From positions 5,582,001-5,646,000 of the forward strand of contig NC_045696.1 in assembly GCF_009834535.1 (NCBI RefSeq): 64,000 nt of DNA. The letters run 5' to 3'. Numbering within the stretch: the stretch's first letter is position 1; every line of letters begins with the position of its first letter. This DNA comes from Camelus ferus. Taxonomy: Eukaryota. Shown one piece after another: positions 12,961 through 25,943 of this stretch. The notes under the pieces were generated by a model, which saw only the letters and a list, made by a program, of their open reading frames with translations, did no database searches and was not told the origin of the DNA. Both the position numbers and the translations under genes were made by a program.

Positions 12961-15000
12961 AATAAACGACTAAAGAAAAGTCATACGCGAGGATTCAAGG
13001 CAGCATCGACCACTTTCTGTAATAATCCTGGCCTCACTGTTTGACCTTTACAATATTATGCATGTATTAATCAGGTAAAAATAAAATTTTATTATTCAAA
13101 GAAGTCTTTTCGTAGAGAAATGAAAATACACATTGGGTTATAAAGATGCATTTAAGATAGAAACTCATCACACCAAATTTCTTTTCGTAGCACAACAAAA
13201 TCAGAAGCCAAATTTTAAAATAGAATCTGATGGCCCTAAAATCGAGGGGATTAAACACACCGATCACTGATTTAGTGAAGCTGGTACACCGTGAAAGTTA
13301 TCATCCTATCAGAGAGCTACTGGGTGGCACATTTCTGGCCCATAAAAATACTTAAGCAGTTTTGTCTCACTAAAAGCTCTGGGAATTTCATGGCCACAAT
13401 TATGAAAGGGTTACTCACAATTTTTAAAAACCTGTGAGCAACAAATGTTCAAAAATATAAGCAAAGAAAATTATGGCACACCAACTTGATAGAGTATTAT
13501 ACAAGCTATATAAAGGACCATCACGAGGCCAGCACAAACAAGTTGATGATACACTAATAAGACTAAAAATAAAGCAATGAGTAAGTTGATCATGATACAA
13601 TTTAATAGCTCATTAGACAAAAGTTTCAAAAGATCATTATGAAGACAATAGCCACAGTTTAAAAATTGTAGTGTTACAAGAAGAAGAATGAAAAAAACAT
13701 TAAAGAACTGTGCAAAGGGAAGAAATGAAGATTCCTGGGATTTGCTGTGAACATGGAGAGAACATATTTTTCTATTACTCTTCTGTCCTGTTTTTGTGAC
13801 TCTGGGTGGAGAGGGTGGCTCTAAGAATTTGACCTATGAAAGGTTAAAGGAAAACTCTCATTTCAAAGCTCTGCCGGATTATTATTGACCAGGGATAGAA
13901 AAATCCATTTTGTTTAGAAAACCGCGACGCAGTCTTCGATTGTAAAAACTGGACTCTCCCTCTCAGTTCAACCACATTTCCAAATGTGGTCCTTCTTCAG
14001 AATGAGTATCTACACCCACCAGCTAGAAGTAATCATTCCATCCCCATCACAATTCAATTCATCAGCAATTCTTACCCATTCTCCCTCCAAAACAGACACT
14101 AAAGTCATTCACTTCTGTACTGTACTCCCCACCACCACCCTGGTCCAAGCCACCCTATCATCTCTTCCAAAAAACTACAGTAATTTGTGCCTCTTCAATC
14201 CATTCATCCCATTGTAGCCAAAAGAGTTTCAGAGAAGGAAATAAGATGACTTTACCCCTCAGCTTAAAACCCTAATAATGTCTTCACTGCATCTAAAATA
14301 GACTCCAGAGTCCTGCTGTGGCCCATGGCCCACCCACCTGCCCTTCCCACATCCCATGGTGCCCCTTCCCCTCACTCCAGTGACTCAGGCCTCATGGCAG
14401 GTCTTAGAAATTGCCAAGCTCTTTCCTGCCTCAGGGCCTTTGCCCTTGCTTTTACCGTTGCCTAAAACACTCTTCCCTCCACCCTTCCTTTCCTTCTTCA
14501 AGACAGAAGTGTCCTCACCAAGAAATGTATCTTAACACTAGGTGCCATCTCTTAAACGTAACAGCTAAACTAAGGTGACTCAGTTAACAAACTCCTATAC
14601 CAAATAAAACAAATAAATAAAGTGATGCCTTTAGCACTTTTAAAACTGTTAATAAAGTGTGTGAAATATGTTGCATTTAAGTTGACCAAAGCCAGAAGGT
14701 ATTTCATTAAAAGGCAAGGCTTCTTCCTCCTATAAAACCCTTAACCAACTGTGAAATCTACATGTTACTTTTTGGAGAAGGATCTGGTGCTGCACCTGCA
14801 CACGTTAACCAAGTTCTAAGAAACCGCAGACGCGTGATCTGAAGAACATGGACACCCGCCCACCTGCCTCTGAGACAGACCCGCCTCCATAAGGCAGGAC
14901 TTGGAGCTGTTTCTCCTACACTGAGAATTAATTTGGACTCAGTCATCACAAATCTCTTGAAATGACTCTGGGCACAAGCAAACAAATTAATTAAGAAATA

Positions 15001-15150
15001 GGGGAAGGTATAGCTCAGTGGTAGAGCACGTGCTTAGCATGCACGAGGTCCAGGGTTCAATCCCCCATCCCTCCATTGAATAAATAAATAAATAAATAAA
15101 TAAACAAACAAACAAACAAACAAACCTAACTACCTCCTTCCACCAAAAAA
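15001..15150 (+). mobile_element. tRNA-derived SINE (Vic-1-like)
   Basis: GGGGAAGGTATAGCTCAGTGGTAGAGC...GGTTCAATCCCC followed by (AAAT)n(AAAC)n. Confidence 0.92.
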
Positions 15151-15824
15151 TATTAAGTAACTGAATTAGACAAATGTGTGCTTGACTTGTATCTATGGAG
15201 AGTCCTGTATGAGACACTTGGAAGAGGCAAGGCATGCAGTGAAGACAAGAAAAAGTGAATCCAGGTGGTCTCCACTAGGCACTCAAATTCATGGTATTTG
15301 CTTTATTAGCATAATTATTTATCTAACTGATATAATTATACATAATCAAAGATGAAACAACACGGGAGGGAAAAACTTGATGACACTTATCTTGTTCTTG
15401 AGTCTAGACCTTACTTTTTCCCTCCTATCAGACTAAAAAATCAAAATTCAATTTATTTTAAATAAAAATAACTCATCTAGGAGCACAGATCACTATTAAA
15501 TTAACTAATATAAGCTGTTATGAGAAATTTGTAACAAAGTAATTTCATAGACATAATCTGAGGATGTATATTTTTACATATTTAATTAATGCACTTAAGA
15601 TTATTTAATGCAATGATATTTCTTAACTTAGGTATTGTAAAGCTTACTGTAACAAGGTGTAAACAGAGCAAAAACAATAAAAGCACAGTTTTGAAACATG
15701 TTTTAGTAGAAACCATGCATTATCTCTATGCAAAAGACTCCATCAGAATAAGAAGTGTATTAAAACCATGTTAATTTAAAGATCACCACTTATTAAACAG
15801 TCTTGGATGTGAAATTTGTCCTCA

Positions 15825-16010
<186 letters not shown>

Positions 16011-16569
16011 CTAAGTCGATCTTTATATTTATTACTCATTAAGTTAGGAGCTAACACAAAAGATTACACTCACTTGCTTTGCCTGAGATGACTAACCCCA
16101 AAAGGTAGGAAGTTTACATTTGTTTTTTTCATCCTTTCACTCTGCCTGTTACAGTGCGGTGAGAATTCACACACACACACAAATTATCCATGTTCAGGAA
16201 TTGTTGACAAGACCCAGATATACATAGTAAAAGGCTTCTCCAAAAGTTTCACGTCTTTAGCCGGTTTCCCTGTAATTTGTTCCTATGGATTTGGACTCTG
16301 ATTGGGGTCCAAACAACACAGGACTAAAAAGACTCTGACAACTTAGGATTTCTCTGCTAGTATCACAGCAGTCTCTAAGGGCCCAGACCTGACCTGTCTC
16401 AGGCCCCTCCGATACCAGGAGCCACAGGATTGTGGAAGGCTTAGAAAGACACTCGTGTTGCCAAAATGGGAAAAACTATAGAGAGATGTGAAACCTGTGA
16501 AGTTCCGCCCCCCACGCCAGGCCACACCCAGGTCAGCATGTCACCAGGTGGGTCCAGCCCTAAACAAAC

Positions 16570-16696
16570 TAGCTCAGTGGTAGAGCGCATGCCTAGCACG
16601 CATGAGGTCCTGGGTTCGATCCCCAGTGCTTCCATTACATAAATAAACAAATAAACTTAATTACCTCCCCCTCAAAAAAAATTTAACAAAAAAACA
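16570..16696 (+). mobile_element. 5'-truncated tRNA-derived SINE, probably part of a chimeric insertion 16465-16696
   Basis: TAGCTCAGTGG...GGTTCGATCCCC and family tail; flanking repeat GTGTTGCCAA at 16455 and 16697. Confidence 0.88.
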
Positions 16697-17663
16697 GTGT
16701 TGCCAAGGGCTTCAGCAGGTATGGTTGAGTCTGGCCTGAATGAACAGGACAACCCTCAAATCAACATGGTTGGGTTACTGCCTGCCCTACTATCATGTGT
16801 GTTAAGAGCTTAAACCCAAAGACAGGCCACTTCTATTGGGAAGAAAATGTTATGTAATTCCTGTGTGTTTATCCTAGCCAAAGCTTCACTATTTTCCTAC
16901 CTCTTGCCTTGATTCTCTCAGTGATTAATTTTATTCTTTTGTACTGACAGTATTTTTGTAAGCTGCCTCAAATCTTAGCTAAGGAAATACAGCTTCATGA
17001 GTAAGTGATTCTTTGGTATCAGAAATTCTGATTGACTCCTGGATCACACACTTTCTAGGTGGTGTTAAAAAGATTACAGGACAGAGGCATTAACAGCAGT
17101 AGTAGTAAGTAGGTAAAATGTAATAAAGTAAATTTATGCCATTTCCCCAAAATTCTATAGATAAATATCTGATCATCTCTAGTTGCCAACTGTAGAAGCT
17201 TTCAAGTCAAGACAGGCTTTCCTACAGTTGAGGAGATTGTCTTTTGCTTCAACTTAAATCCAAATAGCTTCTTCAGAATTTCAGACTGAAGAGCAGTGGG
17301 TCAGGGCTTTTTACTTGATGTTAACAAATAGATGTAGAAAATCGTAAGTATGAAATGTTTTTTTCAACTTCCAGTTATGTTAATATGGCAGATTAGATGC
17401 CCTGAAACACCAACTCAAAAAAAAAACTTAAATCAGATTAAGAAAAAAATAAATCATAAAAGCATTGCTAAACTGGTACAAAAAAAAAAAAGAATATAGC
17501 CACGTGAGATCAAGAGTCCTAAGAATAAGCACACACCGAGGCTTCCATCCAGGCTGAGAGCTCCTTACAAACCCAGGAGACCTTCATCTTCCACTCTGAT
17601 GCCACAGAGAGAAAACAGGGACGGAGCTAAAGCCAGGGTCTCCTTGAGGTGGAGTTTTATAAA

Positions 17664-18079
17664 ACACACACACATACATATACACATATATAGATACACA
17701 TACATACATATGCACATACAAGCACACACATACATACAGATTTATACACAGATGTATAGATATGCATACAGACACACACATAATATATACATATACACAT
17801 ATATATGCATAATATATGAGAACGTACATGCACAGATATATACACACACATATATAACATGTGCACACATATACATACACATGTATACACATACATGCTC
17901 ATATATACACATATACATGCACATGCAAGAACATGACATACACATATACATAGATACACATACAAATACATATATACGCAAATATGTGCACATATACATA
18001 TACATATATTTGCATATAAACATATACACAGACACACATATCTATACAGACAGAGATATACACATACATGCACGTATAT

Positions 18080-18109
<30 letters not shown>
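17664..18109. repeat. Degenerate (CA/TA)n purine-pyrimidine alternating tract ending in pure (CA)n
   Basis: About 445 bp of CACATA/TACATA variants; source of the spurious His/Ile/Tyr and Cys/Val ORFs. Confidence 0.95.
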
Positions 18110-18110
<1 letters not shown>

Positions 18111-18379
18111 TTAGAACCCCATTGAGGGCTCTATGCTCAATGTAAGTATAAATGAGAAATAACCCTCCCATGAAAACTAGAAAGGAAGGAAACTTGCCTG
18201 ATTCAACTTTGGTGCTCAGTGAAAGAGAAGGCATTCTTCCCTGAGACGTTCTAAACACAAGCCAAAATTCATGAGAGCTTGTGATCCAAATTCCCAAGGC
18301 ATGTGTGGTCCAGAAACCAATGTAAAAGGGTTCTAGCTTTTATTGAGCTCCCAGGAAACTAGCAGAAACAAATTCCAGG

Positions 18380-18950
18380 CCTCAAAGAGTATCCACAAAT
18401 AACGTTTTTAAAATGAACAGTTCAGAGTCAAAAATGACAAAATAAATAGGGAAGTAGATATAGCCTATGAGTGAAAGCCAGCAGAAATCGCGGAGCACAC
18501 ACTCAGATCTCTGCCTGGAATTATCAGGCAGAAAGCATAAAATATCTATATTTAATATAGATAAAGAAATGAAAGAGAAGCCTGAAAACACAAGAAATAA
18601 ACTAGAGAAAACAAGGAAGCAAACTTGGAAAAGAACCAAAAAGTCCTCCTAAAAGTGAAAATGTGGGTTACATAGCCAACCAGACACATCAGATGAAAAA
18701 CTTAGCTAACTGGGAAATGCAACCAAAGACATTACCTGGAGAAGGAAAAAAGAAAAAAGATGGGAAATGCAGAAGAAATATTATTATAGAAAAATGAGAA
18801 GAATGAGAAGAGAGAATGAGATGGTCTAACACACGTCTTACAGGTGCTTTAGGAGAAACTAAGAGATAATATGGGGGATGGGGTATAGCTCAGGGGCTCA
18901 GGGGTAGAGTGTGTGCTTGAGGTCCCGGGTTCAATACCCAATACTGCCAT

Positions 18951-19025
<75 letters not shown>

Positions 19026-19440
19026 AACTAATTCCCCCCCCAAAATAAAAATTTTTTTAAGTTAAAATTTTTTTAAAAGAGAGAGATCATGGGGAAGAAG
19101 CCATACTCAAAATACATACCTAATAATTTTCTACACTTGTTGAAGATGTCAGTCCTTACACTCAGGAAGCCCAGTCAATAACCCTGTTGCTTAGGTATAT
19201 ACACAAGGGAGATGCAAGAAAAGAAAAGGAATGGTGAACACAAAATTCACGACACTGGCTCCCTCTCGTGCCGAGGGAGCTAGACGCGAAGGGGGTGATG
19301 CACTCAGTGTGCTTCTAAATTTCTGGGGATATCACACTTCTCAAACCTATGGTGTGTGCACGGCTGTTCACTTTTATTACTCGTGTATAAGCTATATGTT
19401 TTTCTCATCTCCAGCATATTGCATAATAAAATTTTAATAA
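18380..19440 (+). mobile_element. Old L1/HAL1 ORF1-like fragments
   Basis: A-rich decayed L1 ORF1-like sequence; boundaries approximate. Confidence 0.5.
18872..19077 (+). mobile_element. tRNA-derived SINE with compound (TAAG)8(TAAA)11 microsatellite tail
   Basis: tRNA head; repeat at 18951-19026; inserted in an old L1 ORF1-like fragment. Confidence 0.9.
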
Positions 19441-20589
19441 CATGAAGTTGCTTGTTCGGTAGCATCGATGTGTTGAGAACGCCCTCCCCCTGCCCTAATT
19501 GGGCGGGCATCCTGTCCTCCCTTGCAGCCCGGAGTCCCCAGAGATACTTGTCTCTCTGTTGAACGGTCAAGGTCCCCTTTGGTTGTGTCCAGGTCCAGGC
19601 AGGCATCCCAGCCCTCACCTCGGCTAAGGTGCACAGACTCCAACTTGGCATCGCCAGACCAGTTTGCTACCCCCAGTTACTACTCCTCTGCCAGACGGGT
19701 AACCTGGCCTCCGCTGTGCCTGGCTTCCCATCTGGTGTCTCCTTTCTCTAGCTAAGAGCTGTCTGCCATGCCCTTGGGATAACGTCTTCATCAGCTTTGC
19801 ACAGAGCAGCAGGCATTCAGCCTGGCAGGGGCACGGTGGTACTCAGGACTAGCCCTGCCCTCCAGTCTGCTCACTGCCCTGGTGCCGAGAAATCCACTGC
19901 TTGTCCTTGACGTCCCCTCTACCTGCTGCCATCATCAGGTACGGCCTCTGGGTGACCATTCAAGAATCCCCAGAGTCTAGTGAGTCAACTTAAATAATAG
20001 AGTTATTCCGACAGAACACATTTCCATCTTGTGGAAAGAAATAGTTACCATCTGGATTTCTGCCATTTTAAACCTGACATATCCTTCAGAACCTTTGAGT
20101 CTCCTTTTAAAATCTGCACCTACAATACAAATAATCATTTTTACTACTTTCTAGACACAAAGCCCTCTGCCTCATTAATGCACTTTTTTGTTAAGAATAT
20201 CCACGGACTGCAGAAAAGCAAATTTAGCAAAGCAGCAAGTAAGATAAACGACTAATATTTCTCTGAAGGCAGAACTGAAAAGAATTAAATACAGTTAAAC
20301 ATAAAATAGTTTCTATGCTTATTTCACTAGAGCCATACTTATAATAGGAAAATACATCTTAAAAATTGAAGTCTTTTTTCTTATTCGGAAAATCTTTTCT
20401 TTTTCCTCCACAATTAAAATGAAAAACATTGCTAGATCACAGCAAAACAGAGTAAGAAATGCCTTTGAGGTTTTAGTTTTATTTTTATAGCAGAAAAATA
20501 CCTGCAAACCTTTTACCCTGGGAGTTAACATAGGTTGAAAGAAAATACCTCAATATTGTCTCTACTGTAACTAGGACAGTTAAAATAAA

Positions 20590-21500
20590 AGTAAGACGTT
20601 AAAAATCCTACTTTCACTGGAAAAATACTAGAAGTAAACATAAGATGATTCTCTTGATGACTTTAGAGCACAGAACGATTTTCTAGACAAGACTAGGAGT
20701 GTGGGAACCATTAAAAAAAATTTCAAAATTTTTTAAGTTCTTTATTCCAAAAAAATCACTTTAAAAAGTTAAAAGACAAATAAGAAACATGGGAAACTAT
20801 TTCAACATCTATGATAGTGAAAGGGCGACTTCCCTTCGTACACAGAAAAACCAACAAACAATACCTGTAACCAAACAGAAAAACAGCCAGTCACAGAACA
20901 CAGACAGCTTATCAACAGAGGAAGAGACGTTCGGCCTCACCCATAAAGACAGAAATCCAAGGCAAAGCAGTGAGAACACATTTTTCATCTAAAACATTGG
21001 CAGAGATCCAAAAGTTTGCATGTACAGTGTTGTCCAAGTCGCAGGGAACTAGCCATTCTCAAACTACGTTTGAAAATGTCAGCTGGTGCCATTTCAGTCC
21101 AGGGCCATTTGCCAAGATCTACTGAAACGTGAGATGCGTATATATGCATATGCATATATGCTCTACCTCAGCACACCTTCTAGGAGTTTATCCTACACAT
21201 ATATGCTCAGACTGAATACAAAGCTCTGGGTGCCTAAGCGGGTTTCTACAGCAATATTTGTAGCTGTGAAAGACCGTTCCCCCTTAGAGGACTCTGCCAA
21301 TAATAAACGTCTCAATCAATGAAACATTATGCAGCCATTAAAATCAGGAGTATGTGCAGCTAGGCAATGCTCCCTGAGATACGATTATTAAGTAAAAAGA
21401 ACGAACTGTATAGAGTACGCCCCCATTTTTAAGTTATATACAGTCATTAATATACATCAAAAATTTCTAGAAAGCCAAACCAGAAATTGCCAACGCTGAT
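20590..21500 (+). mobile_element. Old L1 (L1ME-like) 3' fragment
   Basis: Decayed ORF2-end and 3' UTR motifs (TATGCAGCCATTAAAA). Confidence 0.55.
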
Positions 21501-21509
21501 TGGTCAGAG

Positions 21510-21702
21510 CAGGAACTGGATACATAATTTGCAGGGCTGGTGTAAAAAGCACAAGGTATCTCTTGTTCAAAAATCATAATAAATTTCAAGACAGTGACAG
21601 TGGAGCATCAAACTAGGCAGAGAGCTCTCTTGAGCATGCGGCCCTGTGTGACTTCCCGGGCGGCAGGCCTGTGAAGCCAGCCCACCTCAGAGGCAGAACC
21701 AG
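21510..21702. mobile_element. MER45A-like hAT DNA transposon
   Basis: CAGGAACTGGATACATAATTTGCAGGGC...GCCCTGTGTGAC...GTGAAGCCAGCCC pattern. Confidence 0.65.
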
Positions 21703-21835
21703 AGTGACAGGGCTCTGAAATGGGAGGAAGAATAATTTCCACTGCAAGCAACTTCTGAACCGCTTTAATTGTTCTGTGTGCACGTGTATTCATTTTTCAA
21801 TTATTAAAAAATATTTCATAAAAAATAAAATAAGT

Positions 21836-22003
21836 GGGGAGGGTATATAGCTCAGTGGTAGAGTGCATGCTTAGCATGCAGGAGGTTCTGGGTTCAATCC
21901 CCAGTACCTCCATGAAAAAATAAATTAAAATAAATAAACCTAATTACCTCCCCCCTCAAAAAACAAAAGCAAAAAACATTTTAATAAATAAAATAAATAA
22001 AAA
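21836..22003 (+). mobile_element. tRNA-derived SINE (Vic-1-like)
   Basis: Full head with A/B boxes and AACCTAATTACCTCCCCC tail. Confidence 0.92.
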
Positions 22004-22339
22004 TTGTCCATCACCACTACCCTCCCCCAGAAAAATTCTCCCTTTCCTCATCCAACAAGAGCCACAGTTCTTAGAAATTCAGGTCAGGGCGGAGTGATGC
22101 CAGGAGGTGACAGGTCTGGAGGGGAGTGGGGGACAGGAGGGCTGGAGGGCAGGGAGTAAGGGAGGGGCTCTTCCTGACAGAGGAAGTGCTCTCTGCACTC
22201 CTGAAACTCCAGCTGAAATCCCGGAGAGCTGGACTGGAATTTACATTCCACTACACAAGTGCTGGCCACATTAAGACTGAAAACAGACCCACAGGACTTT
22301 GAGACAAGCCTCTGAAGAACAGCCATGTAAATTCATACC

Positions 22340-23112
22340 TCCCTGTACTGCCCCCCAACAGATCCACATCCACCCACAACCTCAGAAGGTGACCTTATTT
22401 GGAAATAAGGATATTTACAGATGTAGTTGGTCATGGTGAGGCCATATTGGACTAGGGTGGAGCCCGTTCCAATGACTGTGGTCCTTATAAGAAGGCCCTG
22501 TGAAGATGCAGAGAGACCCACAAGGAGAGGCCCTGTGAAGCTGGAGGCAGAGCTGGACATGACACCTTAACAAGCCAAGGAATGCCAAAGATTGTTGGCC
22601 GCCACCAGAAACTAGGAGAGAGGCCGGAAATGGATTTTTCCCTCAGAGCTTCCAGAAGACACCAACCCCCTTGGCACCTTGATTTCAAACTTCAGGCCTC
22701 TAGAACTGCGGGAAAATAAATTTCCGTTACTTTAAAGCACTGTGATAGTCAGCTTGGGCTGCCATAACGAAAAACCATCGACAGGACAGGGCTTGAGCAA
22801 GAGAAATGTGTCCTCTCCCAGTTCCGGAGGCCAGAGGTGGCCTAGTCGGGTTCTGACCAGAGCGCTCTTCCTGGCTTACAGACGGCTGCCTCCAGCTGTG
22901 TGCTCACAGGGCGAGGAGAGAGGGAGCCAGTCCTGCCTCCTCTTTCTGCTGGGGCACTGATCCCAGCGTGAAGGCCCCACCCTCGTGACCTCATCTAACC
23001 CCCCCTCCCAAAGGCCCTGTCTCCAGATACCACCACACTGGGCGCTGGGACTTCACCCTGTGAATCTGGGGGCAGGGCTGTTTTGTTACCTCAGCCTTAG
23101 GACACTAATACA
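22340..23112. mobile_element. MLT1 (MaLR) LTR containing a nested opposite-strand MLT1-type LTR at about 22741-23075
   Basis: GTGACCTTATTTGGAAATAAGG, GCCAAGGAATGCC and AATAAATTTC; outer element resumes at TTTTGTTAC...ACTAATACA after the inverted copy. Confidence 0.78.
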
Positions 23113-23142
23113 AAACCTAACAACTGAACAATCCACGCTTCA

Positions 23143-23362
23143 AATCAGAGGCCAGGAAGCTTTTCTGTAAACGTGTAGAGTAAATATTTTTGTGGGTCAT
23201 GCGGTCTCTGTCACAACTGCTCGGCTCTGCTGTGTGCAAAATCAGCCGTAGGCAACAGGTGAATGAATTCATGTGGATGTAAAACTTTGCTCCAGTAAAA
23301 CTTTACTTCGTAAAATGGGCAGCTGCAGGCCTTGGCCCCTAGGCTAGACTGTGGGACCTGCT
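23143..23362. mobile_element. MER58-like hAT-Charlie element
   Basis: TTTTCTGTAAA...GTAAATATTT...GGTCTCTGTCACAACTGCTC...AAAACTTTA pattern. Confidence 0.7.
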
Positions 23363-24116
23363 TCAGAAGAGAAATGTCATAAAGAGAACGTAAGCTAAGC
23401 GACCAGCAGTTTTGTGCAGCAAGAAGAGAAGAGGTGAGTCAAGGTCCCCCCGCCAGGCTGCAGGCTTCAGAGGCAGCACGGGCCTGAGCAGCCTCCACCT
23501 TCCAGGACCCGCTGCCGCAGTCCGGAGAGCGGCCTAGAAGTCCTGCATGGCCCCTAAGATGGCTAGCTCTCATGCTCTACAATGCTTGGGGTTTTTAAAT
23601 GTTTCTTTTCAACAAGTTGCCTTACTAAGTATAATCTGTAAACTCTGAGGGAAAAGTGATTTTTATGGTAAAATGAACTACTAAAGGTATAAAACACAGT
23701 TGCTGTTGTAATCAAAACGTCCAGAACAGCTTCTAATTATTTAGAGGCATTTACGCAAACTGCTCTTGTATCTGCAGTAGGATTTTCCTTCTGCAATTTC
23801 TTTACAAAAGTGAAAACCCAGCCCTGTTTCTGTGTGAGTGCATGAAGGAGCACCCTGCAAGGCCGATCAGAATTTCTTTCCAACTGAATGCATATTTTAT
23901 TTGAACCAGTGAGCTCGATTCTTCAAAATAAAATAAGGAACCTAAAATCATCCCAGGAACTCCTGAATTATCATTTGACTGTTTCCATCATTTTGTAAAT
24001 CTTAAATATTGATTCTTCACAATGGACCTACCATCCAGGTGTTGGATGGAAGAAATAGATCGTGACCTGAAAAATGTGAATAGATGCAAATGCTGCCTCG
24101 AAATTGATCTGCTTTA

Positions 24117-24386
<270 letters not shown>

Positions 24387-25808
24387 TTAGGCTGTTTCTA
24401 ACAACTGTTTTGCTTATGTTTACATAAATTAAACCCTTTCTCCAACTACACCATACAACACGAATACTTTTAAGTATTTAAACCAGGAAAACAATAAAAT
24501 CACGTCTCTTCATTATAAAGGATCAACAGAGTAACCATTTAAATTCTGAAATTTTTAATCTCATCAACGTTTTAATCACAGTATAATCAACCTAATAAGA
24601 ATAATGGTGATTTCCTCATAGCTTTATTTGAGGTTCTCAAATAACTTTCAATTTTCTGCTAAGCCTTAACACCAAAAATAGATAAATAAGAACTGGTTAC
24701 AAAGAAACAGATGCTAGGAAACTCAAATACCCAGTACCCCCATCCTCAAAGGCCCTTCATTCACAGTTATGAAAATAGGAACATGAGTCACGTTGGACAA
24801 GAGTAAGCTTTAGAAATAATACAGGAAGCTGACAAGCCCACGTGGAGATTATTGGGGGGAAGGACAAAAAAAAAAGCTACAAAAGCTGGTGGATATTTCT
24901 GCCAGCACATTGAAGAGCAACGCGGTAAAATAACCCCCTTCTCCCACAGATTCCCCCTGTCTGACCCTCACCCAACTCCTTCCCTGAGGTCAAGTGCCAG
25001 CCACACCTAAGACAATGCCCCAGTGCCCTTTCCCTTCCCACGGTTCACGTGCAATGACTGCATCTAACAACGACCATTTATGGTGCATTTGGTCATCTTG
25101 AAAGCTCAGAACTCCTTCCCCAGAAACAATTACAGTTTTCTCTCATCGGTCTGAGAATTCACTCCCAGAAAGGCACGATGCTCTCTTTCATAAACACTGG
25201 TAAACAGGTTACAGCAGACTGTGTGGACCCCGCTGTAAGCACTCTGGGAGAGATCAATTGAACAAACCAGTCAATACTTATTTATTGATCCCCTACTCAG
25301 CACACAACATAGTGCCAAGCTCCTCACATGAACAGATTCATAAGCTGCTTATTTGGGTGAAAAAAAATGTCAAGAATTCATTTGTACAGTCGAGGTATAG
25401 ATCACACCAAAGATGCTAACGATGTAGAATATGGTCATTTCTTAAAAGTAAGATTAAAATTTTAAATTAGAATTTCCTTTGATGTGAAAATATCTAATAT
25501 CTTAATTTTTAGTACCCTGAATAGAATATTGTCTCATAAGGAAAACAGTCATTAAAAATGACTTTTTTGAGGCTTCTTGTCTCTTTCATGTAACTTGCTT
25601 CTCAGCGAGGGACTAGACTGAGGATTCCAAACAAATGCTGTAAAAGATACACACCCATCCCAAACCTAACATCGAGATTCAAATTCTCTTTTGGTTAAAC
25701 CCAATTCATTTTGTAGAGATTTGTACGCCAAAAAAAATGTTTTTCTTATTCATTTTTGCCAAAATGAATGATTCTATCAGCATCTTGTGTATAGAGTGTT
25801 TCTTCCCT

Positions 25809-25943
25809 GGGGGAGGGCATAGCTCAGTGGTAGAGTGCATGCCTAGCACGCACAAGGTCCTGGGTTCGATCCTCGGTACCTCTGTTTAAAGAACTAAATA
25901 AACCTGAAATTACCTCCTCCATTCAAAAAAGAAAAAAAACCAA
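25809..25943 (+). mobile_element. tRNA-derived SINE (Vic-1-like)
   Basis: Full head; TSD agagtgttt(t)cttc on both sides. Confidence 0.92.

Noticed and set aside
14864..14920. Possible extra SH3BGR exon (AG...CAG|gtgggc)
   Set aside because: Weak splice sites and no resemblance to SH3BGR peptides.
15001..15076. tRNA-Ala(AGC)-like cloverleaf here and at the other SINE heads
   Set aside because: All are followed by the shared family tail, several have TSDs and stems are mismatched, so they are SINEs rather than tRNA genes.
17584..18297. Several ORFs of 97-171 aa rich in His/Ile/Tyr or Cys/Val
   Set aside because: Translations of the degenerate CA/TA repeat.
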